Below, piece by piece: positions 51,746-64,000 of a stretch of 64,000 nucleotides of DNA (position 1 is the stretch's first letter; each line of letters starts with the position of its first letter). The DNA comes from Eledone cirrhosa (lineage: Eukaryota), in contig OZ024741.1 in assembly GCA_964016885.1 (NCBI GenBank), positions 167,896,001 to 167,960,000 of the forward strand, in the 5' to 3' direction. Position numbers and translations under genes: made by a program. The notes below the pieces were generated by a model. The model saw nothing but the letters and a program-made list of their open reading frames with translations. It was not told the origin of the DNA and did no database searches.

Positions 51746-52477
51746 TATATGAAAAATATGGGGAGAAGAATACTGCATGGTTGCACATGGAATACATATT
51801 ATAAAATTAGTCCCTCATCAGTGATTTGCCAACGATCATTGGTATTTCATCGCATTAAAAAATCATATACCTCACGTTGGTGCGAGCAATAACTAAAATA
51901 AGCTATTGGGACAAGTGAAACGCGTAAAGCGAGTGAGACAAGTAAACAACATCGAAGAAAGGCTAACCGAAGATGGGAAGAAAACAAGCAACATGGTTAT
52001 TCGATCAGCGTAAGCTGGGTGAATTCATGAACGCTCAGCAAACAGACCTTTCGCTGTGAATGGGATGTGAGAAAGAAAGATCCGACTCCTAGCGAACGGG
52101 AGGAAGTGAGAAGGGGAGAAACAGAGAGTGAGTGAGTGGAAGTGCGAGGAAGAGGTCAGTCGAGAGAAAGTGTTAACTGACAGAGGGGACGAAAGAAGGT
52201 AAGAGAAACAGAGAGAACGAGGGAGCAGTAAGAGAGAAAGAGAGAAACAGAACATCGCAGTTTAGGTAAATATATGAAAAATATGGGGAGAAGAATACTG
52301 CATGGTTGCACATGGAATACATATTATAAAATTAGTCCCTCATCAGTGATTTGCCAACGATCATTGGTATTTCATCGTATTAAAAATCATATACCTCACG
52401 TTGGTGCGAGCAATAACTAAAATAAGCTATTGGGACAAGTGAAACGCGTAAAGCGAGTGAGACAAGTAAACAACATC
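51746..52477. mobile_element. Non-coding element with two near-identical ~207-bp direct repeats around a ~320-bp core
   Basis: 51746-51952 = 52270-52477; TA-rich flanks; CTGATGAG on the minus strand in each repeat. Confidence 0.8.
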
Positions 52478-53439
52478 ATACACAGATACATATTTATTCA
52501 TGCAATTATTGGTGGTTGTGTACCTTGTTGCGCTTAGTCATTAACGCATAAATCGCTAAAAAATTAAAAGTTAAGAAATAAACAGGAATGCGTATAATTA
52601 AGGGAAAGGGATACTAACAAATGTTACGCTACATAGAATTATAGTGAGTTGCTATTTAGAATATTTAATTAGGTTTATAGTATTTAAATGTTTTTCGTAT
52701 ACGGTGATTACAAACTATGATCAGTTCCTGTCTTTTATTCAATAAGTCGTCCTTAGATTTAGTATTTCCTTGTTTTAACATATATCATGACTCTGTTTTC
52801 CTTTTAATGTTTTATTGTTTTCCGGGATTTATTTTAACCTACAACATTTTCAACATACGGATTACATTGAGTTCTTCATGCAGACTAGACCACGTAACTT
52901 ACCATCGATATCTCTGTGTATATATATATACACTATTGGATGGTCATTGACACATTTCTAAGTTCCTCTGCCCCTTGTTGTGTTTTCTATTTCATCCCAC
53001 AGGGTATCCAAAAATACCTCTCTTTACAAAGCAAGCTTGGTAAGATTTCAGGTTTAGTTACAGATGATCTGACCCTGTGACAGGTTGTACTAGGCTACAT
53101 GTTACCAGTAGCACTTGAAAGCGACCTCACATACATACATATAGAAAGATAGATAGATAGTTAAATAATTAGATAGATAGATAGATATCTTTCTTTATTT
53201 GCCACAGGGGCGTACAAAAATGGGACATTACAAGACGTGACGGCGGGGGTTTTACATAAAAATAACTTTAACATTAATAAATAACAATAAACTATATATA
53301 ATAAAATAACAATTGAAATCCCCAGTAGGGGTGGGACGTTACTGCAGGGTTGTTTTACACCCCATGGATAGAACAACCCTCAACAGCAGGAACACGTTTT
53401 GTAGGTGTTCCTGTCTTCCCTCTGTTTATCCTCCTCAAC

Positions 53440-56400
53440 CTACAGGTTTATATACAGAGAAGGCCCATTCACTCGGGCCATTTTTGCCACATTCACCCAC
53501 CTTTCAGCGAATTTACTGGGGTGTAGCACCTCTCTCTCCACCATCACCTTCCTTCTGAAGTGATACTTAAAGAAGGGGATAAGTTGTTGTCCGGAGAGAA
53601 AGGTGTTTGCCCTCAGTCCTTTTAACCTCGTCCACCATATTAATTCTTTCGCCATAGCCACCAGACAGAGGAAAACCGCCTCTCCTTTGTTCTTAAATGG
53701 AGGCGGCGGGGTGATCCTCACAATAGACTCGGCTGACAACTGGATGCGTCCCACACGTGACATCATCTGTTCGACATAATTCCACAGGTCGGTCACCCCT
53801 GGGCACTGAATAATTGCGAGCAGAATGGTTTCGATGTCCTGCTCGCATCTTGGACAGGTCCTTTTGGCAGGATCTCTGCCAGGGTGTCCGTGCCTGTAGA
53901 TTTTGTCTCGAACTGGTAGAGCTCCTCGGTAGCACTTGCCAGGCCAGAGACCTCTGGGAGTTATTCATGGGCCCTGGACGGAAAGTCCTCCCGAACAGAC
54001 TGGTCAGCTCGTCCTCCTCGATGCCTAGAGTTTCCCCGAGAAAGTCGTCGCACTTATCCTCCACTAATGCCCTATAGAATGTCGAAGTGGAGTCTCCGCT
54101 GATTGCTGTTTCCGCTGGGTAGAGGGCTGTGAGCGTCTGTAGGCACTCGAGGTGCCAGGCACCCGTTTTCGGTCTTCGCTTGACCCAGGACTGCAGCTCT
54201 GTTAGTGAGTCGAGTTGTGGAAGAGCTTGTCTCACAAACGACAGCCACACCGGTTCACCGGTCAGGAATACCTGGAGATGGCGTAGCCTCAGCGCATGTT
54301 TGCACATCATCAGCTACGGCATGCCCAGCCCTCCGTTAGAAGGGTGTTGAGAGCACATGGATCTCCTCACCAATGGAGCCTGTTTCTTCCAGAGGAACTT
54401 GAAGAGTAGGCGTTCCATTTTGGTAAGGTATTCGCGGGGGAAAGGCATGACTGTCAAGCGGTAGTATATGACGGACGCTATGTAAGTGTTCGCCACTTCC
54501 GCTCGACCTTTCAAGGAGAGTTTGCACTCAGCCCACTTCTGGGTGAGAGCAAACACCTTCGCCGTGACTTCGTTCCAGTTCTTATCCACCTGGAGGTCTG
54601 GACCGAACCAGACCCCGAGCAATTTCACCGGTCCTTCCGTCCAGCGTCCAGCGACACTGTCGGAAGGCATGGGTTTGCCTCTCCATGTGCCGAGTTGTAA
54701 ACCGATAGACTTGTTTGGGTTTAGTCTTGCTCCTGTCAACGTTTCGTATTCCTGTAATAGGTTGCTGATTACCCTGATTTCCGAGGTTTTCGACACCATT
54801 ACGGTTATGTCGTCGGCATAGGCTGACGCTGGTTCAATCGGAATGCCCTGCAACAGCTCCAATTTCCGCAGTAATGGCTCGAGAGTCAGTACATACAGAA
54901 TGGAGGAGAGAGGGCATCCCTGACGGATGGAACGCATGATTTGGAATGGCTCTAATAGGTAGCCATTCACCTTGACTGCCGAGAAGATGCTGGTGTGTAT
55001 GGCAGCGATCCAGCCTCTGAAGACGGGACTGAAACCGGCCGCCTTGAGAACTGCTTCCAAGTATTGATGGTCGACCATATCAAATGCCTTAGACTGATCT
55101 AAATTGATGAGAGTCCCACGAAAGCCAGGTTTACACCCTAACCTCTCTATGATGTATCGCATGAGGTGGAGGTTGTCGAGTATGGACCTGGTTGGGATTG
55201 CACATGTTTGGGCTTCCCCTACCAGGTTCTCGACGACAAGCGCCAGCCTTGCTGCTAACACCTTGCCCAAAATCTTTACCTCTGTGTTGAGCAGAGTTAT
55301 GGGCCTGAAATTGCTCATCTCATCCCCCTTGTTCTCATCTTTCCTGATCAGCGTTACTACGCCTCTGCCTACAGAACTGGGAATCCTCCCGTTCTGCTGC
55401 CAGTTGCAGTAGACCGCTTCGAGGATGCCAGAGAACAAGTCTGGCATGCCTATGTAAAATTCATAGGGTAGACCATCTAAACGGGTGATTTGCGTTTCCC
55501 GCAGCGACCTAGGGCATATTCTATTTCGCCCGCAGTGTTCGGCCTTTCGCAGCTCTCCGCATCCGTGCTCGAGAGTCGGGGTACGCCGTCGAGGTAGGAG
55601 CTGAAGTCCATCACCTCGCTCGATGTACCGCTTTGCCAGAACAGTTGTGCAAAATGCTGCTGGAAGGCTGTGCACATCTGCTTGGATTCAAGTATAATGC
55701 GTCCATCTTTGTCTTGCAAAGACCGAATTGTGGATTTGTTGCCACTTTTCGCCTCTGCCACTCGGGCCCAGCTAACAGCTTTAGCTCCCTCGTTTCTTAG
55801 AGCACGTGTTCTACTTCTGACAATACAACCTTCGTGTTTCACGTTGAAGAACTGGTCTAGTGTCGTTCTCGCCGCTAGCACGTCAGCTGTACTGCCATTC
55901 CTAAGTGCCTCTTCTATTTTAGCTACCAGTTCGTTTTCAGTTTTTTTTTTCTATCGATTCTATTCTAATTGCTCTCTTGAGAGAGCTCCACCACCTGTTG
56001 TTGACGATCGCCCCCGTCAACTGGCACTTAACTAAGGTGGTAATCCGTTTACTGTAGGCCTTACGCGTCGGGAGCGACATGTTTAGCTTCCAGTATCCGG
56101 GTCCCTGTCTATGTGTTCTATCAAGGTTGACTACGCAGGTGACTAATTTGTGGTCTGAATAAGCAACCATGCGCATTTGTGGACAGCTTAATGTTTCCTT
56201 ATCATTCTGTCTAATTAAAAATCTATCTAAATACGATCTAGAAGACCCAGTGCGGTTGCTCCACGTCCACAGTGGTGCACTTGGGAAGTCTAGTCGATAT
56301 CTATCATCCAGTTGGAATTGGCTGATGAGATTTTTGAGGCTATTACACTTCCCTCTATTATCACAAGCTCATACATAGTCCCAACGTGCGTCTAAGATGC

Positions 56401-56830
56401 CATTCCAGTCCCCCACTAACACTATGGAGCGAGACGTTCCCAGGAATGGCTCCAGACGCTTGAAGAATTCCGGTCGCGATGTCCCAGTCGGGGCATATAC
56501 GGCCACCAGTCTGAAAGCACCACCTTCACTACCATTCACGTCCAGGACCACCAGGCTGCCCTCCGGGTCCAAGTGAATCGTCTGTATTTTGAGATCAAAG
56601 TTTTTTCGAAACAGAACAGCAACTCCCCCTCCACCTCCTGGCTGACAGAGAGATGCGTAGATCTCAAAATCATCGAACATGGGGGTTAGCTGCTACTTGT
56701 CGTGAATTCTGGACTCGTTGATGGCTATCACATCTATACAATGTGACCTGAGATCATTTAAAAGCTGGCCCTGTTTCCAGGACATGCCCAGGCCACATAC
56801 ATTCAAACATCCAGCTTGTATAGTCGCCAT
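53440..56830 (-). pseudogene. LINE ORF2 (APE-RT-zf), several frameshifts/stops
   Basis: VLVGDWNGILD, SDHKLV, GYWKLN, NFRPITLLN, DQSKAFD, RQGCPLS, YADD, WWTRLKG..RVNGP across six ORFs. Confidence 0.92.
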
Positions 56831-58684
56831 GTTGGTGAAGAAGAGTTAAGGAGAGAAAAGGCAGGAACACTTACCTCGAGGTCGGGTTGTTCGATCTCCA
56901 TGTCCAGATTGGTGGTGTTTGGGGAGAGAGGGAATCCTTTTAGCAGGACACAGTTAAGGGGCTTTTGGCAAGGGGGCCCACATCATGTGGGAAGTTCTCT
57001 TTTAAAGTTTCATACTGTAGGGTTGTTACCCCGATAAGTTTGAGGTTTGGGGTGGGTCGTTGGTGGGGTCCTTTCGGATAGTTTCCACCAATTCTTTATT
57101 TCTTGTTTTTATGTATGTCTAGTGTGTTTTGTTTTTTATGTGTACTGTTTCTGTTTGTAGTTTTCTTTTTTGGTTGGGGTTTGTGATTGTGGTGGTGTGG
57201 GTGTTTGTTTTGTTGGTGAAGTGTTTGGTTGTGTTGATGGTGATTGTGTTGTTGGTGTGTTTGTCGTTTGTGGCGGTGTGTTTATGGTGGGGTTGGGTGT
57301 GTGCGTGTTTTCTGTAGATGTTTTTGTGTCTTTTTTGTGTCTTTTTTGTTTTTTGGGATTTTGGGGGTTCCTCTTCATTCTCACTTGGAGATGTAGAGGT
57401 TCCCGTATCTGAGACTTCTGAATCAGGGGTAGATAGGAGGGGTATGTTGTGTGGTGGAGTGTTTGTGCAGGTGTTTGTGGAAGTATTTGACAGGGGAGGG
57501 GAAGAAGCAATGGAGGGTTTTTCAGTGGGATTTTGTGTGTGGTTGTCTCTGGTCTGTGGTGGTGTGAGAGTGGATGTTGAAGGTGTTTGTGTTGTGTTTG
57601 GTTTGGAGTGTTGATGTTGGGGTTTTGGTGTTGGTAATAACACCTTGTTTGTCCTCGGTTTATTTAAGAGAGGGCAAAAGGCCTTTAATATGTGTGGTTT
57701 TCCCACACTTATGGCACTGAGGTATTTTCCCCTCCACTAAAATGGAGATGACATCTTCCTCAAGGACGATCCTGTCCGGTATTTTCTCAACTCTCTCTGG
57801 CCTCATTTGTACCAGAACCTCGATGCAGGTTCCAAGCCAGTTATGCCGGTCTGTCCTGTCTACAGATAGGAGGGTGTCCTCATCCTTCTTCAGGATGCAG
57901 TGTAGGATCCACCATATGTTGACCTCTGTTGGGATCCTGGTTATTTTTATTTTGTAGGATCTTCTTCCCATGTATGTGGGGAAGAAGATGTGTTGATCCG
58001 TTTTTATTGGGTGAACCGAGTGTTTTTGTGCCAGAGTTTCGCTCTTAAAGAGCACTGACACACTTCCATACTGTTTACCTCTTTGGAGGTATGCCACGTC
58101 TGGCTTGATGTCTTTTAGTGCAGCTTCGATAGTGCTTGTTGGGAGCGTTATGGGTTTTTTGGTAGTGATGTCAACTGTTCTATAAATTAGCTTCTTTTTC
58201 TGTGTCATTTCTCTTACTTGTGGGGGTATGTGTATGTTTGGGGTGTCTCCCTCAAACATCACATAGTTGGAAGCTTCTTCCAAATATTGGGACTTTTGGG
58301 AAATGTCCATGGAGTAGTATTTAAAAGCCTGTTGCTGCAAATGAAATTTTGTTATTGTTGTTGTTGGTGGTGATGATGGTCTCATTCGTTGTGTTGCCAC
58401 TGATTCCTTTTTTTGTGTTGTTATTGTTCTCATTTATTGTGTTGTTGTTGTTGGTTGTGGTGGTGTTAGTGTTTGCTACACATACTTCCTTCTGTGTGTG
58501 GATACATGTGACGTTTGTGACGTCAGGCGTGTTCAGCTGAAACTTGTACTTCTTCTAAATGTTGAGGCAATAATGTTGGCATTCCTTTGTCCATGTCTGC
58601 TACTACCTGCTGGTCAAGTAGGCATAGCTTTCCCTTCCCATCTTCTTGTTTTGACAAAAAAGTAGGTGCCTTTGCTTCAGCCAT
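56820..58684 (-). pseudogene. LINE ORF1, frameshifted
   Basis: ORFs 57660-58433 and 57119-57706; CHKCGKTTHIK knuckle; homology to ORF1 at 12406. Confidence 0.8.
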
Positions 58685-60451
58685 TTTTTAAAATTTGCAG
58701 AGTTTTGCAAAATATTTTTTCGAAAATATTTTGGATGCTTTTGCCCTGAGGGGCACGATATTTTGGGAGGCTGGCCAGATCAAAATTTGACCTGTCAGTC
58801 CCTCTACAAATTGGTATAAAAATAAAAGTTCACAATGACGAATTTCTAAAGAAATTTAAACAAAACTTACCGAGCAAGTTTAACACATGTGTCCATCCCA
58901 GAGATAGGTAGATAGATGAACAAAGAGGTGTGGGTACAAATGAAAGAAAAGTGCAATCAACGCATAATGTTATATTATGTTATATTATTAGTTAGACTAA
59001 TGTATGCATTACCTCATTTAAAAGCATTTTGAATAAGTTAAATGTATTCATGTCTATGAAATCATTGGTAATGCATAGATAAGTCAAATTTTGAATATAT
59101 ATATATAATTTGAGTATATAATATTTACTGATTATAGGAAATCTCATATTTTATGAAAGGATTACTGAATTTGTGGAGTGGAGAGTAACAGGATAAATGA
59201 CATATGATTGGCTTCTGTCAGTCCTGACCATGCATGTGCCAGTTGCTGTTCCATGGAACAAGCTGTTCATGCAATCAATGTGCAAGTGACTGAGCATTCT
59301 ATAGACACATGTACAGTTATTATAATCGTCACAGAGATTCAACATTGGTATTAAAACAATGTGGAGGAAATTATCTATAAATCAATTCAGTATAGTGCTG
59401 AGAAACAACTCACAAATTACGAGCATTCATTTCCTCAATTTCTCTGGTCACTCTTGAAATCCAGACAATATTCTAGATTTCAATAAGAACAGTTTGAGAA
59501 ATTTACAGATAATGTCTCAGATATTGTCAACAGATGTAGACAAAGCATTTAGAGGATGTGTATAGCTAAATGGTTAAAAGATTTGCTTCACAATCATAAG
59601 GTCCCAGGCTCAATCCCACTCCATACATTGGGTAAGTGTTATTTAGCATAGCCTCAGATTGACCCAGGTCTTACGAGTACAATAGTTTGGAGCATAATTT
59701 AAAGGTTTTTACATTATATTACGATGGAGAGGTTTTAGAAAAAATCAAAAAAATCTCATTTAATAAATAGTTATGAATAATAAAATCAGGACTGATTTTA
59801 GTCAGTTTGGTTCCCAAAGGGTTAAATAAAGTAGTCATATGTCAATATATTGGTTTAGCAAGTGAAATAATACTACACTGTTATAATACCAATTAAATGG
59901 GCAGATTAAAATTATAGATATAGAAATTGAAACATCATTAATTCTGTAACAACCTTTTAAAATAACTCTTTAAATTCTTACATAGAGAATTTCCGGATTT
60001 ACTCTGGTAAGAATATTTAATATCACTAAAAAAGTGCTTAGTGTGTGACGTAGCTAATACAGTGGAAGATTAATCTAAATTAACTTAAATCTTTAGTTAT
60101 CATCTAAATATTTTCTTCTTAATCAATGTAGGTTAATACTTCTATAAATGACAATTATAGTTATGCATATTCAGATTTGCTAATGGGTTCGCTTTGCAAC
60201 TTCGTTAATATTTCATTTTATGTCATATGATAGTTTATACTTTATATGTGGAAATATTTTAGTGAAACTCCATCAGTTTTGATAAAGAATTTTCTAGCTG
60301 TTTAATCAGCAGAACTATAAATGATTGAGCATTCCACAGACACATGTACTCATGGTATATTACTCAGGGAAATTCAGTGGGATACAGTATATGACATGAC
60401 GGACCCATTGAATTACAAGTACAGTCCATCTTGTATTATAGTATAAGTGAC

Positions 60452-60640
60452 AAGGTGGATTGGCAGTATCGGTAGAGGGTCGGACACCATGCTTTGATGT
60501 ATAGAGTTACGGTCCTTGCCATTCTGAGTTCAAATCCCGTCGAGGTTAACTTTGCCTTTCATCCTTACGGGGTTGATAAAATAAAGTACCAGTAATGCAC
60601 TGGGTAATTGCTGGCCTTGTGCTAAAAGTAGAAACAATTA
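60452..60640 (+). mobile_element. SINE family A with 17-bp TSD
   Basis: attatagtataagtgac at 60435-60451 and 60637-60653. Confidence 0.9.
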
Positions 60641-60674
60641 TAGTATAAGTGACTGAGTATTCCACATATACGTG

Positions 60675-62627
60675 CAGTGGCAGACTGGGTCTAAAAATAT
60701 TGGTTGCCATGAGACATATATAGAATGCTATCATTTAATTTTTATCTATATATATAAAATTGAGGATGTCTGTGTGTGTGTGAGTTTGAATCCCTAAAAC
60801 TCGAGAACCACCCAACCGACTGTTTTCAAACTTTACACATGTAATACTTATGTTTCAGGGAGTGTTCTGAGCAAAAACAATTTCAAATTTTCATGGCCTT
60901 AAGGACCGCATTAGGCGATTTAGCGATCTCTTTCTATAATTCTTAGTCTTTCTCTTTTTAGATAGATACATACATATAACGTCGCGCCCTTATAATATGT
61001 GTCTGTATGTCTGGCTGTCTGCATTACATCACTTCCCTGAGGATGTCTGTCTGTGTGTGTCTGTGAGTTTGAATCCCTAAAACTCGAGAAGTACCCAACC
61101 GATGTTTTTCAAACTTTACATGTGCATTACTTATCTTTTAGGGAGTGTTATGCACATAAAATAATTCAACGTTTTGATCTCCTAGGGCCCGCATTAGGTG
61201 AAAAACTCCGTTTTTAAAGCTTTTTCTGGGGTTTTTGAGGCGTTACATCAAACCGATTTCCTTGAAATTGTAACTATGTATTAGTCAGTCTCTTCTTCAT
61301 ACTGTGAACAAAGAAAATCCAACTTTTTTATGGCCTAGGTCCCGCATTAGGTGAAAAACTCCAATAAAAAGTATACATATCAGAGACTTTCAATAATGAC
61401 CTTTGGTCTTTCACACTCACTCAATATATATATTTGGGAGTGAGTGTGTGTATATATATAGATTTATATATAGAAAAGAATAAAACAAAATTTCATTTCT
61501 CACTCTTAGTATGGCTGATACTTAAATATAAGTATGTATACGTACAAACATATATGTATACAGACGTACAGTAGTATGTATATATATACATACATGCACA
61601 CATATATATATGTACGTATGGGTTTACCGAACATTTATTATAATGTTCGGTTTATTTGTAAACAAACAGCTCGACTTAAGCCGTACAGTGTTCGGCAACC
61701 ATAATTGCCCTTTTGTTCAACACTGACAAAGGAACGTACATATATATCTGTGTGCATGTATGTATATATATACATACTACTGTACGTCTGTATACATATA
61801 TGTATGTACGTATACATATTTATATTTAAGTATCAGCCGTACCTAGAGTTAGAAATGAAATTTCGTTTCATTCTTTTCCATTTATCGTTTTCGGTATGCC
61901 CGGCCGACTAACTCACTCGATATGCAAATTAGGCTGCTCAGCCGTTAATATGCATAAGGAAAGTATATACTTTCAAACATTCAATCATCTGACAGGAAGG
62001 TATACGATGTTGACGATAGCTAATAAGCTTGAAACTAGTTCATCGTTCCTTTGTCAGTGTTGAAAAAAAGGGCAACAATGGTTGCCGAACACTGTACGGC
62101 TTAATTCGGGCTGTTTGTTTACAAACAAACCGAACATTATAATAAATGTTCGGTAAACCCATACGTACATATATATATGTGTGCATGTATGTATATATAT
62201 ATATACATACTACTGTACGTCTGTACACATATATGTATGTACGTATACATACTTAGATTTATATATATGTATACATATATGTTTTCAACTTGTACAAACA
62301 TTATTTAGTGACTTAATTTCCTTAGGGACTTTAGACTGAAGAACTGACCACCAATTGATTTTACATATGTCTTTAACCCATTGATATCAAAAATTATTTG
62401 GCCAGCAGCTCCTGTGTATATGTTTCTATTTATTCCCTAGGGAATTGTTTGACCAAATGCTTTGCTTATTTGTTTATTTATTTTAAAAAAATGTTATTCT
62501 ATCTCTAAGACATTTTTAAAAAGATATTTTTTGAAAGCAAAGCATTGGCCCCTAAAATACTACAGTGGGCTCCGGCAATGCTCCGTAGGCCCACTAGCCA
62601 TTGGGCAACCTGGCCAGTCTGCCACTG
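60675..62627. mobile_element. Non-autonomous hAT-type element, 14-bp TIRs, 8-bp TSD, inserted in a family-B SINE
   Basis: tatacgtg|CAGTGGCAGACTGG...CCAGTCTGCCACTG|tatatgtg; the SINE sequence resumes across the junction. Confidence 0.85.
60745..62270 (+). mobile_element. Nested Helitron-like non-autonomous element with internal direct and inverted duplications
   Basis: A|TCTATATATATAAAA start like 25887; 60761-60915 is repeated at 61038-61200; nested inversions at 61470-62260. The 3' end is not clearly defined. Confidence 0.55.
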
Positions 62628-64000
62628 TATATGTGTACCCTTAGTGCAATTTTTTCAGTGTGATTCAGAATGACACAGTATGTGACAAGGAAAGCCTTAT
62701 GAATTTACAGCTACAACTCATTTTTATCAGACTGGACGAATGTTGAATAAGGTGTATTGCTCAAGGATGGCTTACACTGACAGGAATCGAACTGATGACC
62801 TTACAATCATGAGCCAAACACCCTAACCACTAAACCACACACCTTCACAAACAAGGGAATTATGACATTTATGTTAAGCTGGGAACTGTTGTTTTGACCA
62901 ATTTTCTGCAGAATCTTCAATTTATGTGACTTGCTCCACTCTTTGATGAGAATATTTTTCAATTCTTAGAAATAATCATGGCGACGAAAGACAATTTGTA
63001 TTGACACAAATGGAAAAGGAGATAAACTTTGCTAAAGGAAATATGAAAATAAGTCTAGTAAATATCTACATTATAATGTGATTGACACGTTTGCGACACA
63101 CAGCTATATAACTAAGAAATAGGCAGAAGTTAAAACAGTCAATCGATGAATGTTTGCCACAGGATATATGATGTACAACTATACCAGTTGCAATTAAGAT
63201 GTACAAAATTTGTAAAACTATCACGACATCTAACTGAAATAGTTTCTGTTGGTGAGTAAAAGAAATATATATTTGACCCTCAAGCAAAATATTGCGTGTA
63301 AACTTATCTGTAAAATTCTAATATGATAATATGATAAATGTAGATATTTTGTAACACCAAAATCAAATGAGAGCAGGTAATATCTCTAGGATTTATTTTG
63401 GCAATTTATACATTGAGTTCAAATCCTGCCAAAGTCAACTATATCTTTCATCCTTCTAAGATCTATATTTACTATTGTATCTCTGCGGTAAACACTTTAT
63501 CTCACATAATATCGAATCTATAAGATTTGGATATCTTTTTGAGAACAATACCTTAAGATCGGTATGAGTGGCCTGTTACAGCCGGTTTGAACAGAAAGAG
63601 GTGAGGGAATTCTGGTTGGATACAGCCAGTTTAAATTAGTTATATTACTAAACCCCTCAGAATTCTTAATTATTAAAAAAATATTTGAAAATCATAGGCA
63701 GTATCTTTCATAAGAAATATGGTAATGAAAGGGTTAAGTCCGGTGTCTTATTAGTGGCGTTGGTTTCAATCCCTGTGTGGCACTTTGGGTCTGTGTCTTC
63801 TACTATAGCATTGCGTCGGCTAATACCTTGTGAGTGGAATTTGGTAGAAATTATATGTGTGTTGTGCATGTGTGCATGTGTGTTTATGTTCTGTAAATTA
63901 GCAGCTTGACAAAAATGGGATTGATTGATAAAATACGTACTGGGGTCAATATAGATCACTTTCTTATGACTGCAAAGAATAAAAGAATATATAAATATAC

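Larger units (their letters stand above)
53170..58905 (-). mobile_element. Full-length but decayed L1/Tx1-clade LINE (relative of 12176-18000)
   Basis: ORF1 fragments, ORF2 fragments, 3' AATAAAGAAAGATATCTATC tail, shared 5' UTR motif aagttttgttYaaattt. Confidence 0.92.

Noticed and set aside
62880-63310. Non-repetitive stretch with a 73-aa ORF as a possible host exon
   Set aside because: Stops in most frames and no recognisable motif.

Overview
This is AT-rich, microsatellite-laden eukaryotic DNA made up almost entirely of transposable elements and simple repeats. The SINE/MITE repertoire looks like a coleoid cephalopod (octopus-like) genome; that is an inference from repeat families, not verified. 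I found no host protein-coding gene I can support. Main content: two full-length L1/Tx1-clade LINEs (12.2-18.0 kb +, nearly intact; 53.2-58.9 kb -, decayed), a broken autonomous Helitron (19.8-23.9 kb) cut off by a Penelope-like element (PLE) with a GIY-YIG domain, two head-to-head non-autonomous Helitrons, R4/Dong and RTE fragments, an internally deleted mariner, hAT/hATm and piggyBac-type MITEs, and many tRNA-derived SINEs. The most notable signal is a dense set of type-I hammerhead ribozyme motifs in short, TA-flanked, often fold-back PLE-derived repeats. At least three carry the compensatory U3-A8 core (UUGAnAA) instead of C3-G8 (CUGAnGA) with otherwise intact stems. All coordinates were read by eye, and the boundaries of decayed elements are approximate.
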